Part shown: in pieces, positions 51,103-63,294 of the stretch | Layout of the letters: every line of letters starts with the position of its first letter | How positions within the stretch are numbered: the first letter of the stretch is position 1 | Assembly: GCF_024521635.1 (NCBI RefSeq) | Contig: NW_026250414.1 | Coordinates: 620,001 to 684,000 of the forward strand | Direction: 5' to 3' | Length of the DNA stretch: 64,000 nt | Origin: Tricharina praecox | Taxonomy: Eukaryota | Notes under the pieces: model-generated | Told to the model about the DNA's origin: nothing | Databases searched by the model: none | Seen by the model: the letters and a program-made list of their open reading frames with translations, nothing else | Program-made: the position numbers and the translations under genes

Positions 51103-52048
51103 CCTTCCGGCACGCTTCGGAAGCTGCTTCTTCGCACATACTCAGCATTACTCAGCACTGGCACCGCTCCCATCCCTATAGAGAACCATATTATCCAGTA
51201 CACGGCATAAAAGGCTTCATGGTGTAGTTGGTTATCACATGTGTCTAACACACACAAGGTCCCCAGATCGAGCCTGGGTGAAGTCACTGTTACTTTTTGA
51301 TTTTTTCTCTCCACACGAGTCTCGATAATAGCCCCTGTGCTGATGCCTGTCAACAACACAACACGCCATGTCATGGCATGGGTGATGGATGGATGGGTGA
51401 TTTCAACTTTCGAACTTCGAAGGGCGGACGCTTCGGTATGCCTGTTCCGGGTGGCTAGGTAGGTAGAGTACTCGTACTGGGACTCGCGGTAATTGACCAG
51501 TACCTCGCATAGCAGCTACATACTCGTAACTGGAGCCTGCCCCAACTGCCCTGCATCATCGCGGCAATAATCGCGGCAATAGATACTCCAGAAGCAAGCA
51601 AGCAAGCAAGCATGGTGTCCACTGTCCTCAAGTCTTCAAGTTCCTTGTCTTTCCTCGTCTTTGTGTGGTCTCAATCAATATCATACAATACATACATCCT
51701 AACCTTCGCCACAAGCATGCCGCAAGCATACAGCAAGCATACCGCAACCGCAAGCATACCAGAAAATAGAAAATAGAAATAGAAACCCGTCGCCAGCCAG
51801 CACCAAGAAAACATAAATAAAAAAGCCCGCCTAATGTTTGAGAAACGAAAGAAAACAAAAGGAGAAAAGAAGAGTGACGCCTAGGAATGAAAACAAATGA
51901 AAAGATTGCCCAGGGCGGTAAATCGTCGACACGGATGCATAACCTCTCCTCAATGTTGTGCTCTCTCTCTCCCCCCACTGCCCCCTCTTACAAACCCTCC
52001 AGTTCGTGGTCGCGTGCTCCTACGTCATTGTCGTAATCGTGGGTGATC

Positions 52049-53318
52049 CTATCTAGCGCGCCCATTCGGGGCATACCCATTGACGTATGCGTGGCCATTC
52101 GTTTGCCCATTCGGTTGCCCATTCGCGTGTCCGTTCGCATGTCCGTTCGCGTGTCCATTGGCATACCCATTCGCATAGCCATTCAACTTTGCGCTCCCAT
52201 TTGCCGATCCATTCCCATTCGCGCTCCCATTCGGGACCCCATTCCCATTCGCGATTCCATTCGCATTCCCGTTCGTCTGTCCGCGGCTGACCGTCTTCGT
52301 CCGTTGCGGTACCTGGTTGGAGGAGGATGAAGACGAGTGGCCGTGATTGACGGTCTTTGTTCGCTGCGGTGTCGACGAAGACGCGGAATGGCTGTGATGG
52401 TGGTTGACCGATTTCTGTCTCTGCGGCTGCGACTGTGGTTGTTGCTGTGGTGGAGGTGGTGGTAGTTGCGACGGTGGCTGGGGACTCGGCGTTGCCGGTA
52501 ACCCCCGTTTCGCCATCGCACCCAAGGCGCCGACCACTTCAATCAGGCCTTTCAGCTTCAGAGTCTTCCTTACGGTATACGGACCGGAGAGAGAGAGGTG
52601 GGGGGAACTCACTTTCCATCGCGTCCTCAAAACTCTCGTCGTCCATAGGATCCATGCTCGAAAACGCTTCTTCGACCGCTTTCTTGGCGATCATCCGACT
52701 GGTCTCGTAGTCGCGCGTGCAATCGTACGTGAACGCCGAGAACTCGAGCTTGACGCTAAGCCGCAGCGGGTGCGAGCTGGGTAGTAGCCGGTTCGCGGTG
52801 ATGTCGGCGCGATTGAAGGCGTCGATCGTGGGCGCCATGTACGCGTATGCCGAGAGCGCGGCGGTGGTGGTGGGGACGATGTAGCCGCTCATGCTCCTCG
52901 GATTGACGGGCGCCTTTGGCGAGAGCTCGGGGGTCATCGCCGTTTGCGTCTGGTAGGTGTGATCGAACAGCACAAAGATGTGCAAGAACGAGGCGTTCAT
53001 CTTGAGCGCGAGAACCTGAAGCTCGTTCAGGAATGAGTAGCGCGCGCCCCTGTAGTGTGCCAGCTCCGGCAGCACGTCGTTCTGCAGCATCGTGAGGCCC
53101 TCCCGCGCCATCCATATTATGTGTCGGTAGAGATCGAACGACCTGGTGGCGCGCGTGGGATCGAGCTTGCGTTGTTTGCGGGCGCGCAGCAGTTTCCGCG
53201 ACAGCAGCGTCGACAGGCCGAGGAGCCTGTAGAGGCCGGCCGAGAGCGCTGGATTGAGAGGATACGTCGACTTCGCGAACTTGCCAAGGTACTTGTGATC
53301 CACGTCGGATCCTACCAT
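52049..53318 (-). CDS. divergent 14-3-3-like protein with low-complexity Asn-Gly C-terminal tail
   Basis: ANRLLPSSHPLRLSVKLEFSAFTYD..IAKKAVEEA..MDDESFEDA matches the 14-3-3 C-terminal helices (LxPTHPIRLGLALNFSVFYYE). Intron 52612-52537. Confidence 0.85.
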
Positions 53319-55219
53319 GTTTTCTTCACGATCTGTGGTGTTGCGAATGCAGGCGAAGTGTTTGTCGGCGAGGATTGAGTTTTGACGTCGGTAGGTGGAG
53401 GGAAGGTTTCCGTTCGTTGTTCGTTGCTCAGTTGGGCTGAAGAAGGGATGGACGGATGGATGAATTGGCGGATGCGGCGCAAGGATCGAGAAAAGTAGCA
53501 ATGCAAGCACCTAGCTCACTGCCTGCCCTGCTGTCAGACAAGCTCAGGCATATGCCGCGCAGTATTCAATTGGGGGGAGGAAAAAGCAAGGAACCAAGAA
53601 CGAGACCCTTTTTTCTTTAAAAAGTCCTAGCTGGGGGTGCAGACAACCATACGCGAAGGTACGAGCGGAGTACAGGGGAGCAAGTCACTCGTGTCGGATC
53701 AACAGAAAGATGGAGAAACTTACCACAGACGGAGAGTGAGATGCGAGAGCGAAGAAAAAAAAGTGAAACGTTTGCGTAGTCTCTTGTGCCACGTTGCGCA
53801 AGCTTTCGGGGGTGGGGAGGGGGGACCAGTGACGTTGCAATCGGCAGTCGAGAGCCTGGAGCTATTGAGGGAGGGATGTTTGGAGAGTGACGGCGTGTCT
53901 CGTCGCTACTGCTAGTAGAGTAACTATCGACGGGGTCGCTGGCACAGGCGCAGACACAGTCACCGAGTCATCCAGGGTGAATTGAGCGCGGGCGAGCACA
54001 GCGGCGGTAGCTGCGAGGGGGGAATGTGGGGGGGGAGGGGGAGGGGGGTGAAGAGTACGCGAGATGAGTCTGACGGGGGGATGCGGCGACTGCGGTGATC
54101 TTGGATGGCGGTGACCTTAGTAACGGCGCGGCGGTCAGCTATGGCAGTAAACGGTGGTGGTTGGCTGGATGGTTGACAGGTTTGGCGTCGCTCGTGGAGA
54201 TGGCAGGCAAATCAGACTTTAAAGAACCGAATAAGCGGGCGTCGACACAGCTGAGCGAGGTGGCACGAAAGAAGAGGAAGAGAAGAAGAAGCCGATAGAG
54301 GACGAGAGAATTAAGAGCAAGAGCAGGAGCAGGAGCAAGAAGGAATCGACAGTTGCGCACTGCAAGGCCTTTGTTTTTGCGCTCGGCAGCAGCGTCCGGG
54401 GGCTGCAGTGCATGATTTCCGACGCATGGGTTGCGTGTGCGGGTTGGGGCGAAGAAGTGCGCGAGCAGGCAGTTCAGCAATTCAGCAGCTGGACTCTACT
54501 CGCAGCTCCACCGTATCGAAGGAAGGTGGAAGGTGGAGGAAGGCCGGCTGGGAGGGCGCCATCATGGCCAGGGCTGGCTGAACATTGGCACGCACGAAAG
54601 ATGTCTTGCACACACATTCGCACACACACTCTCTCTCACACATTCGTCTCTCTCTGTCTCTGGAAAGTATTAATGTCATGCTTTGGATGCTTTGCAGCGA
54701 GCTGCTTGACAACTCAGAGCCACACCAACCACCTTGACCTCCCCCCACCACCACCATTCTTCACCACCACATTCTTCACCACCATACCTATTCTTCAGCA
54801 CCACCGCCACCACCACCACTCCCACCATGCCAGCCACATCCGCCATGTGCCCTAGGTATTCCACCGTCTCATCCTCCTTTGCATTGAAACCCATCCACTG
54901 TCTACAGTACCTACAGCTGCTGGGAAAAGAAAAACGAGACATCTCACGACCATCATTCTGCAAGGCGAAAACGAGATGGACCTCCGATGACAGCTGCAGT
55001 AGGTACCTATCTGTTGCGGATTCCCCGGTTCCTGGAAGAAACCGCGCGCGCGCCCCTCTCGAGCTAGGGTATGTACTCTAGGTACACTGCACTGATCTAC
55101 CGAACAAAGAAAGAAAGCGCGAGAACGATGGTGATGATGGAGGATGAGTTGTCCGACACCCTTCGCTTCTAGTCTGGCTTCTGGCTTCATGGCTTGGTTA
55201 GTTTTGTTGGTGTGGCCCG

Positions 55220-55511
55220 GCAGCACAGCCATTCGATATTTCGCGGGCCAGCAGCACAGCCATTCGATACTCCGTCTCTGAGGACCACATCGTTGACAGC
55301 GAGCACTGGCCATCGTCGATAGTACTAGTCATAGCCGCAACCGAGTTGGGGACAAACCCTCAGCAGCAGCAGCAGCACGGCCGTGCGATACCGGTACTCC
55401 GTCTCTGAGCAGTGAGCATCACCTCGTTGACAGTTGACAACGAGCACTGACCATCGTCGATAGTCCTAGTTACTAGTCATAGCCGCAACCGAGTTGGGAC
55501 GAACCTTCAGC
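55220..55511. repeat. ~120-bp imperfect tandem duplication
   Basis: TACTCCGTCTCTGAG..CGAGCACTGRCCATCGTCGATAGT..TACTAGTCATAGCCGCAACCGAGTTGGG occurs twice (~55268-55364 and ~55395-55511). Confidence 0.85.
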
Positions 55512-56926
55512 CGCCGACACCCCCGTCGCGATCGACGCCACAGGAAGCGCCACGTTTATGTGGTCGGCCAGTCGGCCATTCTTCGCCATTGTTGTCCGGC
55601 ACCTACCCAAGGCCACACGTCCGACGTTGCAACTTGCAACGTCACCAGGAATTTTTACGATCGCCCTGCATGCGCCAGCATGTCTCTCTCTCTCTCTCGC
55701 TCGTGCTTTTTTTTAATGATGTTCGAGCTTCGAACTTCGATTCCATGTTCTATTTTCTATTTTGAGACCTTGCCCAAGAAGCCAGGGCCCAGCTGCCAAC
55801 CTCCTCGATTCTCGTGGCGCTAACTTTGCACGGCTCCTCAATCCCGTTCGCGATCTCGTCTAAGTCGGCTTGCACAGGCGAAAAGCTTGCTGCGAAACCG
55901 GGAGAAGCAGAAGGCAGGACAGTGACGAAGGCAAGAGGAAAAGGAAAAAGAAGGCGAAAGGAAGCATTCCCCCTATGCCTGGAGCATTCCGTGCACGCAC
56001 GATCACTGGTCGGCATATACAACGCCCTGTGCGGTGCATATGCATGAGAGGCGATTCACGAGACTTGACTTGCTTGCTTGCTCCTACATAGGGGTGCTTC
56101 TACATAGGGGTGCTCGTATGTAGGAAGCATAATTACGATTAGGCTTTCGGATTACCGGTAGTTAACGTCCTGTCCCGTCCTGTCCTGTCATGTCGTTGCA
56201 TGCATTTTATCGTTTATGACATGGCGCGCGATTGCTGGTCGTCGACGTTGTCTAGGCCGGCGGTAGTCTAGACAGGCCGGGCGGTAGTTATGCGACAATA
56301 AACTGCACTAGATTTCGTAACTGCCATGATCTACGTAAGGGCGAATGCATCGAGCAGATATCGATGACTAAACGGAAAGCTAAAAAGTGAGTGCTGGACG
56401 GAACCGATTGGTAGTCTATCGCGGGAGTAGGGCAGTGTCGTGGTCCGTGCTTGGCTTCAGATGTCGGTCGGTCGAAGTTCGAGCGTGGGGGTATAAGGCG
56501 GGTTGAAGGAGCATAGGCAGTATGTACACGAGAGGGCATCAATTCATTATCGCACACAGCGTGCCTGGACCATGGCGACGTGCTGGACCAGTCCAGTCCA
56601 GTACACACGCGCGCATTAGATCTGCCGGAGCTTGCCGTCATCGTCGACGGCGGCGTGGAGCGAATCATAGTTTGTGATTGGACGAACTAGAGTAGCTATG
56701 GTGGTGGTTGGAAAGCCTTATGTACAACGAACCAGCGGACGGTCCACGTTCGCCGAGATGAACAAACAAACAGGGGAGAAATTGCGAGCGAGCGAACACC
56801 AGAACCCACAACCTCTAGAGTAGTACCAGTGGTGCCGTCACTCTCCACCCCATTCCACCCCGCCAACTCCCCGCGCCCCTCCCTCCCTTCCCCCCACCCC
56901 GCCCCTCCGACGGTGCCCTCTCTCGC

Positions 56927-57109
56927 TCAGTCCGCCAGCTCATCCTCCGTCCCCCCGCATGGCCGACAATCCCCACTGACCTCGATAGTCTGCCAGACGG
57001 TGCGCTGTTTACACGGCCGTTGAACCCGTGCGCCGGCCTTGCAGTGCTCTGCAAAGACGAGTCGTGTATGTCCGCAAGAGGCGTAGACGTGACGGTAGTA
57101 GTTGCACAT
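56927..57109 (-). CDS. small Cys-rich protein (60 aa, MCxYY..CGH..C..C..CxxC)
   Basis: AAAATG start context. The MC..CGH..CxxC pattern is typical of small fungal Zn-binding proteins. Confidence 0.7.
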   Translation of the reverse strand: MCNYYRHVYASCGHTRLVFAEHCKAGARVQRPCKQRTVWQTIEVSGDCRPCGGTEDELAD

Positions 57110-58989
57110 TTTCTTCTCTTCTTCTCTTCTTCTCTTCTAAGGCTCGGTAGCGGGTTGTAGCGGATGCGGTTGTTTGATCGACGGGAGGGGTGAGGAGCCG
57201 CGTTAATGTTGTTGTTATGGTGGTGGGGGTGGGGGGGTGGTGGGGGTTTGTGCGATGACGATATGTAAGCAGATGGTGATTGCTGGGCGAATGTGTACGG
57301 ACGGACGGAATTGATGTGTTCTGGGATTCGAGGATTCGACAGGAATCGCACTCACACCCGGTTGACGGAGGAAATAGCAGTGCAAGTGCAAGTGCAAGTA
57401 CACGGCCCTTTTATCTGCAAATTTCTGGGAGCCTGGTCTAACGAGCAGACGCTGGAGACGAAGCCTGGCCAGGTACTATGATAGCCACGTGGATTGGAAC
57501 GACCGGTCTCGATGCTTCGGTGCTTCGACCTTACGATCGCGTGGGGGCGGGTGGGGGGGGGGGGTGTCACTGTCGTCTAGTTAGCTGTGTTCGGCGTCTA
57601 TGAATGGACAAGCCGAGCAGTCGCAGATGTCAACGCATGGCGCACCTTCCGGGGAATAAGTACCTGGCTGGCACTCGAGCACCCCTCGATGCACCCATCC
57701 ACCGGCCCGGAGAGCCTACAGCTTCGCACCCACCCGCACTTCCTCTCCCCTCCCCTTCACTTTGTTAACTGCCCCAAGCTCCACGACAGGGGCACACACA
57801 CACACACGGGATCGGTCGATGGCGGCGGGACGGAACACTGCATAACCTGCATAACCACTGTAGAGTCGGCAGCACAGTGCACACGAAGTAACGTGGGCAT
57901 CTCGTGTCGCGCGTAGTACGTAAAGGGTGCACGGTAGCTGTGAGGACGGCGAAGGGATCGCGGCGGCGGTGGAACATGGACGGTGAGTTGAGTGGGTGCG
58001 GCGATACGGGCGACGGAGGGAGGAATAGCGTGCTGGCCGCCGTCCGTCGCGCACTGCGAGTATCGGTGCAAACGGATGGATTATGGATGTTCGTGGTCGT
58101 TATCCAGCGCGGAGTCGACGTATGTACATACACACTCCGACCGAAAGAAACAGCTCTGGTCACCTCGTCCGGTCAAAGTTCTGTACCTCTGCCAATCGTC
58201 GGTGTTAGTTCTGTGCATACGTCCACCGCGGTCGTGCGTGCCTACCGCGCTGCCAGGCTGCACATTATGTATCTTCTGTGTTGGGCCGGAGACTCGGTTT
58301 TCTGAAGTTGGTGGGGGTGGAGCTTGTTGTCCGCCGGATTGGCGTACCCTGTGAATGTGGTTCGACTGATGCCTGAGGACGTCGGCCGAGCGTAAAGCTA
58401 AAATAACCGAACTGCATGAGTGACGTAACTCAGGGGTGAGATTCGCTCCGTCGTATATATGTATGTACGCGTGCATGGTATGTATAAAAGGCGACGCCGA
58501 GCCTCTCTATCGACGTTAGAACGTTTCCGGGCACAGGCACAAAGCGATGGAATGGAGGTTTCCGAAGCAAACCAGAAACTACGGTACCAGGGATTCCCGC
58601 ATGATCACACACTGCAGTACTAACCTGGCGATACCTTGCTTAACTAGGGCTGAGCGGACGGGAAGCCGTGTGTTCTCTCTATGACCTCGCTGCGTGATGT
58701 GTTCAGCGGAGGTCTATGAGGTGTTGAAAAAAAATATGGCCTGCCATGAGTTCGTATCGTCCACTCCAGCTGATGGAAAGGGTCCGCCTTTGGGGTTTGT
58801 GCTAAAGTAGTAGGATGGTGAGAGACCCAAAAACGGGTGAGGAACAAAGCCGTCATCAATTGGAGTCAAGGTTTTTCTTGATGATGATCAAAACAAAACA
58901 AGACGAGCAAGGATTACAGAAACAGCAACATCAAAACAAACGATAAAGTCCCACTCAGACCCGATAGGGTCCCACTCACTCGGCAACTG

Positions 58990-59112
58990 GTGCGGTTCTC
59001 GGTCCGGCGTATGGTTCTCGGTACGGTGGGTGGCGGACTGATGACAGCAAGGTTTTCGGTTTTCGTTGCGGTTCTGGGTGCGGTGGATGGTTCTGGGCGG
59101 GTGTCGGTGGAT
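58990..59112 (-). repeat. inverted copy of the 50.6-kb repeat
   Basis: Reverse complement TCCGCCACCCACCGTACCGAGAACCATACGCC versus TCCGCCATCCACCGTACCCAGAACCTTACGCC at ~50732. Confidence 0.7.
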
Positions 59113-60088
59113 GGGAGTGACGAAAGTAAGGTTCTTGGGCCTGTGGAAGCTGGACTGAGAGGAGAGAGGAGACATGATGAGGGGGGTTGCGGTTGGGTTC
59201 TGGTGTTGACGTGCTCCAGGTACCGTATTGGTATATACGTGCATACCCCAAGGTCCACATCAGAACTGCCTTTTTCTCTTTCCCGTGTCTGAGTCTTGTA
59301 CTCTACATAGCGACACAATCCTCACCGACCAGCACCCACCCGGTTCCTGATGCATCAGAACTGCAGAAATCGTCATTGATCGTTGTGGGTAGCAAAGAGT
59401 GATATCCTGTGCATGGCACTATCCTCATCCTTGTCGGTGCCCCACAGGGCCACTGTGGAGGGAATTGAATGAAGTAGCTAGGACGTATAGTTGATAGAAG
59501 GAATGGACATGGTAGTCCTTGAATAATATGGTGTTACAGGTCGTCTATGCTCCACTCATCCAACCTTTCTATGGTGGTATTCTCACGATGATTCAAAGCA
59601 ACAGAGTACAGGTCATCATGAGTTCAATTCTATAATACAGTCGGCACTACGTACCGCTCTTCTCCTCGTCTCCGTAAGCACCCTCCAGTAATCCTAAAAC
59701 GCCGTCCAAGTAACTGCCATAAACGCCGTCTCATCCATCCATCCCATCCAAGATCCATCCGTGAACGCCCCCATTTACAAACACCATTTCAGAAACAGAG
59801 ATAGTATCGCTGTCATCAAGAGCAGAGAAGAAAAAAAGCAAAAGAAACACATTGAACAAAAGTACAATGATGAAAGTAAAAGAAGGAAAAAAATTCGGCC
59901 CCCGAGAAAATCTAAGGCATGGCGGGCGTATCTATTGAGCAGCAGAAGGAAAAAGAATCCCGAAAAGAAATCCCCTCCCTCTCCCCCGCACACAAAATCC
60001 CCCCATTGTTGCCGTTGATGGTGTCGGTCGCCTATATGATGATGCGGTTAGTAGGAGGTTGGGAAAAGAGGAGGGGGGGGGTCCCCAC

Positions 60089-62020
60089 TTAGTCGCGAAC
60101 CGACTCTCCATCGTGGCTCTCCGCCAGGAGCATTCTCATCTCCTCCTCTTCAAGGGGCATCCAACCGGCCGAGACCGCAGAGTGGACCTTGGAGGCCACC
60201 ACCACCACCACCCTGTCCCTCTCCGCGTTGATGCAGTAGACGACATCCTCTTCGTTAGAGGACTCCTCGTACTTACGGGACTGGCTGCCGTAAGAAGCGT
60301 CAGGGGTGGAGCCGGAGGCGACAGTCGAGGTGTACTTGGGGTACTCCTCCTCGTTAGAGTCCTGCTCGTACTTGGCGCAGTACGCCTTGTACTCGGAGTC
60401 TTCCTCCTCGTTGGAGTCCTCCTCGTTGGGGTCCTGCTCGTTGGGGTCCTGCTCGTACTTGGCGCAGTACTCCCTGAACTCGGGGTCTTCTTCCTCGCCG
60501 TACAGGTCAAGGTGGCGCTCGTACTCGTCGGCCGAGTTGTCGTCATCGTTGTGTTCCTCCTCTTGACCAGAATAGTACGTGCCACGAGGGGTACGAAGGT
60601 CCCCGTCTGCCAACCTGGGGTAGTTGACCTTGGGGAGACGACCGCGGCTGTCTCTCTGGAAGTTGTAAACCTCACGTTCCTTGTAGCCGTATTTTCCTCC
60701 TTCCTTGCCACCGTCACTCTCGGCGTCGGACTCGTATCCGTTCTCGGTGGTAGGGCTCGAAACTTCGGTGTTAACGCCGTTACGTTTGTCATGATAGGTG
60801 CCCAAGAGCCTCTTCATGTCGGCCAAGGTCGAGATCATTATAGCGAGCTCAGCTAAGACCACCGGAACCTTTCCACACCATCCCCAAGACTTCACCATAG
60901 TCTCGACGTCAACCAAGAGCGGCTGGTCATACCAATTCTTCATCGAGGCATCAAGCGTGTATCGATGAGGTCTCAGTGGGATACGACCACGCTCACCGCC
61001 GTCACGGTACTGCTGGATAAGACGGTATTCTCCGATGGTTGTGGGAAAGGCACCGATGTAGGCACCGATGCGAAGGAGCTCGATCATCTTCTCGGCAAGG
61101 CCGAGCGGAAGGGGGAGAGCATCCTTGGGTGGAGAGCGGGGTATGTATCTGTTGCGACCACTTCTCTTGCGGGACTCGAACTCAGGCTCGGACTCGGGCT
61201 CGGGCTCGGGAGAATGGATTCGAACCGGAGTAATCGGGCGAGCAGGCAGAGAGTACTGGGGAAAGACGTACGTGTCGATATTGGGGGGGAATTTGGCAGG
61301 CCTGGGGATAGTAGGTGTCCAGTCACGGGCAGCAAAACATCTCCTATTGGCGACTTTCAAGTCGACGTATTCAAATCTGTCCCACTTGTCGTCCTCTATC
61401 TCCATCAAGGCGGCACACTCGGTGGCGATACGCTTCATGGCATTGTTGATGTTCTGCACGTCCAGACTGATGTGGTTAACCGCGTGATACTTGCTGGCGG
61501 GGTTGTTAGGGTCGATAGCAGCCATGGCGTTGTCGATATTCTCGGAGTTTTTGTAAGACCTCTGAGTGTGAGCCGTAGCTTCGGAGCTGTCGTTGCTGTC
61601 GTTGTCGCTGTGATCCTTTGGATCGGGACTGCTGCAGGGACGGTTGTAGTTGCCGTGCTTGACGTCGGGGGTGCTGCAGGGACGGTTGTAGTTGCCGTGT
61701 TGGTAGTGCGGGGGATCGGACAAGCTGCTGCCGCTGGAACTAGTACTGCTGTTGCAGACCTTACCAACAGAGCTGAGCGAGCTCTCCACCTCCTCGACAC
61801 TGTTGTATTTTGCCGAATGGTCGACGCCGATCCTGGGTGGAAGTTCATCGGGAAGCGGAGCTGATTTAGGGTCGCCGGGCAGGATAATGAAGTTATTGTT
61901 ATCGTCATAGTATCCGAAATGCTTGCTCCAGTAGTGTTTTGTAGGATCGGGACTGTCCCAATCGCAGTCCGATTCAGGCGAGGACGAGCTACTGGAACTT
62001 GACATCGAAGTGACGCTCAT
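60089..62020 (-). CDS. hypothetical protein (~640 aa), Ser-rich N-terminus and acidic C-terminus
   Basis: Long uninterrupted ORF; probable ATG at 62020 after a pyrimidine-rich leader. Internal duplications HGNYNRPCSxPD x2 and YCAKYEQDxNE x2. Confidence 0.75.
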   Translation of the reverse strand: MSVTSMSSSSSSSSPESDCDWDSPDPTKHYWSKHFGYYDDNNNFIILPGDPKSAPLPDELPPRIGVDHSAKYNSVEEVESSLSSVGKVCNSSTSSSGSSLSDPPHYQHGNYNRPCSTPDVKHGNYNRPCSSPDPKDHSDNDSNDSSEATAHTQRSYKNSENIDNAMAAIDPNNPASKYHAVNHISLDVQNINNAMKRIATECAALMEIEDDKWDRFEYVDLKVANRRCFAARDWTPTIPRPAKFPPNIDTYVFPQYSLPARPITPVRIHSPEPEPESEPEFESRKRSGRNRYIPRSPPKDALPLPLGLAEKMIELLRIGAYIGAFPTTIGEYRLIQQYRDGGERGRIPLRPHRYTLDASMKNWYDQPLLVDVETMVKSWGWCGKVPVVLAELAIMISTLADMKRLLGTYHDKRNGVNTEVSSPTTENGYESDAESDGGKEGGKYGYKEREVYNFQRDSRGRLPKVNYPRLADGDLRTPRGTYYSGQEEEHNDDDNSADEYERHLDLYGEEEDPEFREYCAKYEQDPNEQDPNEEDSNEEEDSEYKAYCAKYEQDSNEEEYPKYTSTVASGSTPDASYGSQSRKYEESSNEEDVVYCINAERDRVVVVVASKVHSAVSAGWMPLEEEEMRMLLAESHDGESVRD

Positions 62021-63294
62021 GGTGTTGTCTTTCGGTGTAATGGGGAGTAGAGAAGAAATGGATTGGGGAATAGATGTGGAGGTAGGAAGGGAGACTGAGG
62101 TCGGAAGACAACAGACGCAGGAGAAAAAAGAAGCCGAAGCAGGAGATGAAATTGGTGAGGTTGGCGAACTTGGGGTTGCTGAGATTCTTGTCGAGTAGCT
62201 GAGGAAGTAGATGGGGATGTAAGGTGAGTAGAGGATGAAGTAGAGAAGAAGAGAAGAGTAGGAGGAGAGAAGAGTAGGGTGTGTTTTGAAGGGCTGGTGG
62301 CCTTGGAAACATTTGAGCCAGCCTTGCCAAGCCACCACCAGCTAACCCGAAATACTCATCTGCCTCGTGTTAGGGTTCACTTCGACCCCACAAACAACCA
62401 GTAGAGCCTCTCATGACTTGTCAAACTATCCTCGATCTCCGTCTTGCTTGACGCTTCTATCCCCGGGCGAGCCATATTTCATGATCAGCCACCTTCCGTA
62501 CAATTCTCACCCGTTGCTTCCGAGAGCCTGAGATTCAGCCAACATCACCACTTCCTAAAGTAAAGACCTCTGTACAAGACAGCCACAGTATCATTGTGGT
62601 GCATGTGAACTTTGTTTGAACCCGTACAACGAAGATTACTTAGGACATACGATCAGATATCACCCACCACCCACATACCTCTCAACATTCGTGCACCTAC
62701 CCCCCGCAAATGCTCTCAACATCCTCTCAAAGCCCATCATCTGTGCTCTATATCTCTTGCATAATGCTCCCCGCCTCCAGCATGGCGGTTGCAGCCACCT
62801 CGAATCCTGCCAGGCTGTCAGGAAAACATCCACCGGGCTCGTCGGCGTATGGGCGGCTATCAGCCGGATCAAGACGCATCCCCAAACACTGGCGAACGGC
62901 TTCGGTAGTGGTGGTGGGGTGGCGGCATCTACGACGGGGACGGGTACAGCCACCGCGGCTATTAAGCTGGCGGAAAGTAAGAGGGCCGCCGCAAATAATA
63001 AGGCGGCAGAGCTACGGTAATAGTGTTATGGCAAGGGAAGCTAGAGAGAGATGTGCTGCGGTGGGGGGTCGTAGGTCGTTGCGCCTCAGAATGGTCACTC
63101 GAATCACATTGCATTGCTTCTGAGCGGCTATCTGCCTTCACATGAGATGGTTTAAATGGCAATTCATGTAAAACAACGTGGTGCCCGGGTCATATCATTG
63201 TGTTCTAGCTCAGTTCTGATTCTTAGAGTTTGGCTGCTTGATGCAAACCCAGCTCTCTTTCCGCCGAAAAGCCAAACCTCGCGATTCTACACTC

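Noticed and set aside
50450-51374. Poly-Val/Thr and WRDGEMER-repeat ORFs
   Set aside because: Translations of microsatellites.
60059-61864. Long plus-strand ORFs (265 and 299 aa)
   Set aside because: Antisense shadows of the minus-strand acidic protein.
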